From: Vairimorpha necatrix
Lineage: Eukaryota
Length of the DNA: 64,000 nt
Reading direction: 5' to 3'
Assembly (NCBI GenBank): GCA_036630325.1
Contig: CP142733.1
Span: 1-64,000, forward strand
Both the position numbers and the translations under genes were made by a program. The notes beneath the pieces were generated by a model. That model searched no databases. It had not been told where the DNA came from and saw only the letters and a list, made by a program, of their open reading frames with translations. The stretch's first letter is position 1; each line of letters starts with the position of its first letter. This document shows positions 63,711 through 64,000 of this stretch, piece by piece.

Positions 63711-64000
63711 GGGGATAAGATTATAATAAAATATGTATTATATTATAAAAAAAATATAAATTTCAAAAGGTTTTATATAAAGAAATTAATTTGTTTGATG
63801 ATTTAAAATATTAAAAACCTCGTGTCAAAAATCTCCGGGCGACAGTCAGTTATAATGTCAAATTAAAGTACGTGCAGATATTATAAATTTCTCAATGATA
63901 GCTTAATTTAATAATAACTCTAAGTAGATTTGTTTGATATTCTGTAAAGACAAATGGTCCAAAAATTGCATTGAGAAGGAACTCCATTTTATTTATGTTT

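Overview
Very AT-rich, gene-poor and transposon-rich eukaryotic DNA, most consistent with a large-genome microsporidian. This is an inference from the intronless genes, the CCC motif just upstream of most ATGs and the element types present. Main contents: (1) Two related, very compact Ty3/Gypsy retrotransposons, 25448-28511 (+, nearly intact) and 15631-18777 (-, decayed). Their LTRs are only 38-39 bp, the 5-bp TSDs are exact in one and 4/5 in the other, the PBS forms the gag start codon, and no aspartic protease is recognisable. (2) A Ginger/TDD-like integrase DNA transposon with TIRs and a 5-bp TSD (35882-38148). (3) A 5'-truncated RLE-type (R4/Dong-like) non-LTR element with a 12-bp TSD, inserted in a highly structured GC-richer island, plus five short 3'-end fragments from two RLE families. 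(4) A diverged segmental duplication of at least 5.7 kb (1-5749 vs 29726-35473) carrying a tRNA-derived Pol III A/B-box element. (5) A ~160-bp tandem array. (6) A four-member family of divergent, probably secreted proteins in different states of decay, one orphan ORF and a frameshifted FCP1/NIF-like HAD phosphatase. The strongest candidate for an unusual system is the protease-less mini-LTR Gypsy family. The second is possible targeting of structured non-coding islands by the RLE element. Coordinates were counted by eye, and no alignments or database searches were run.
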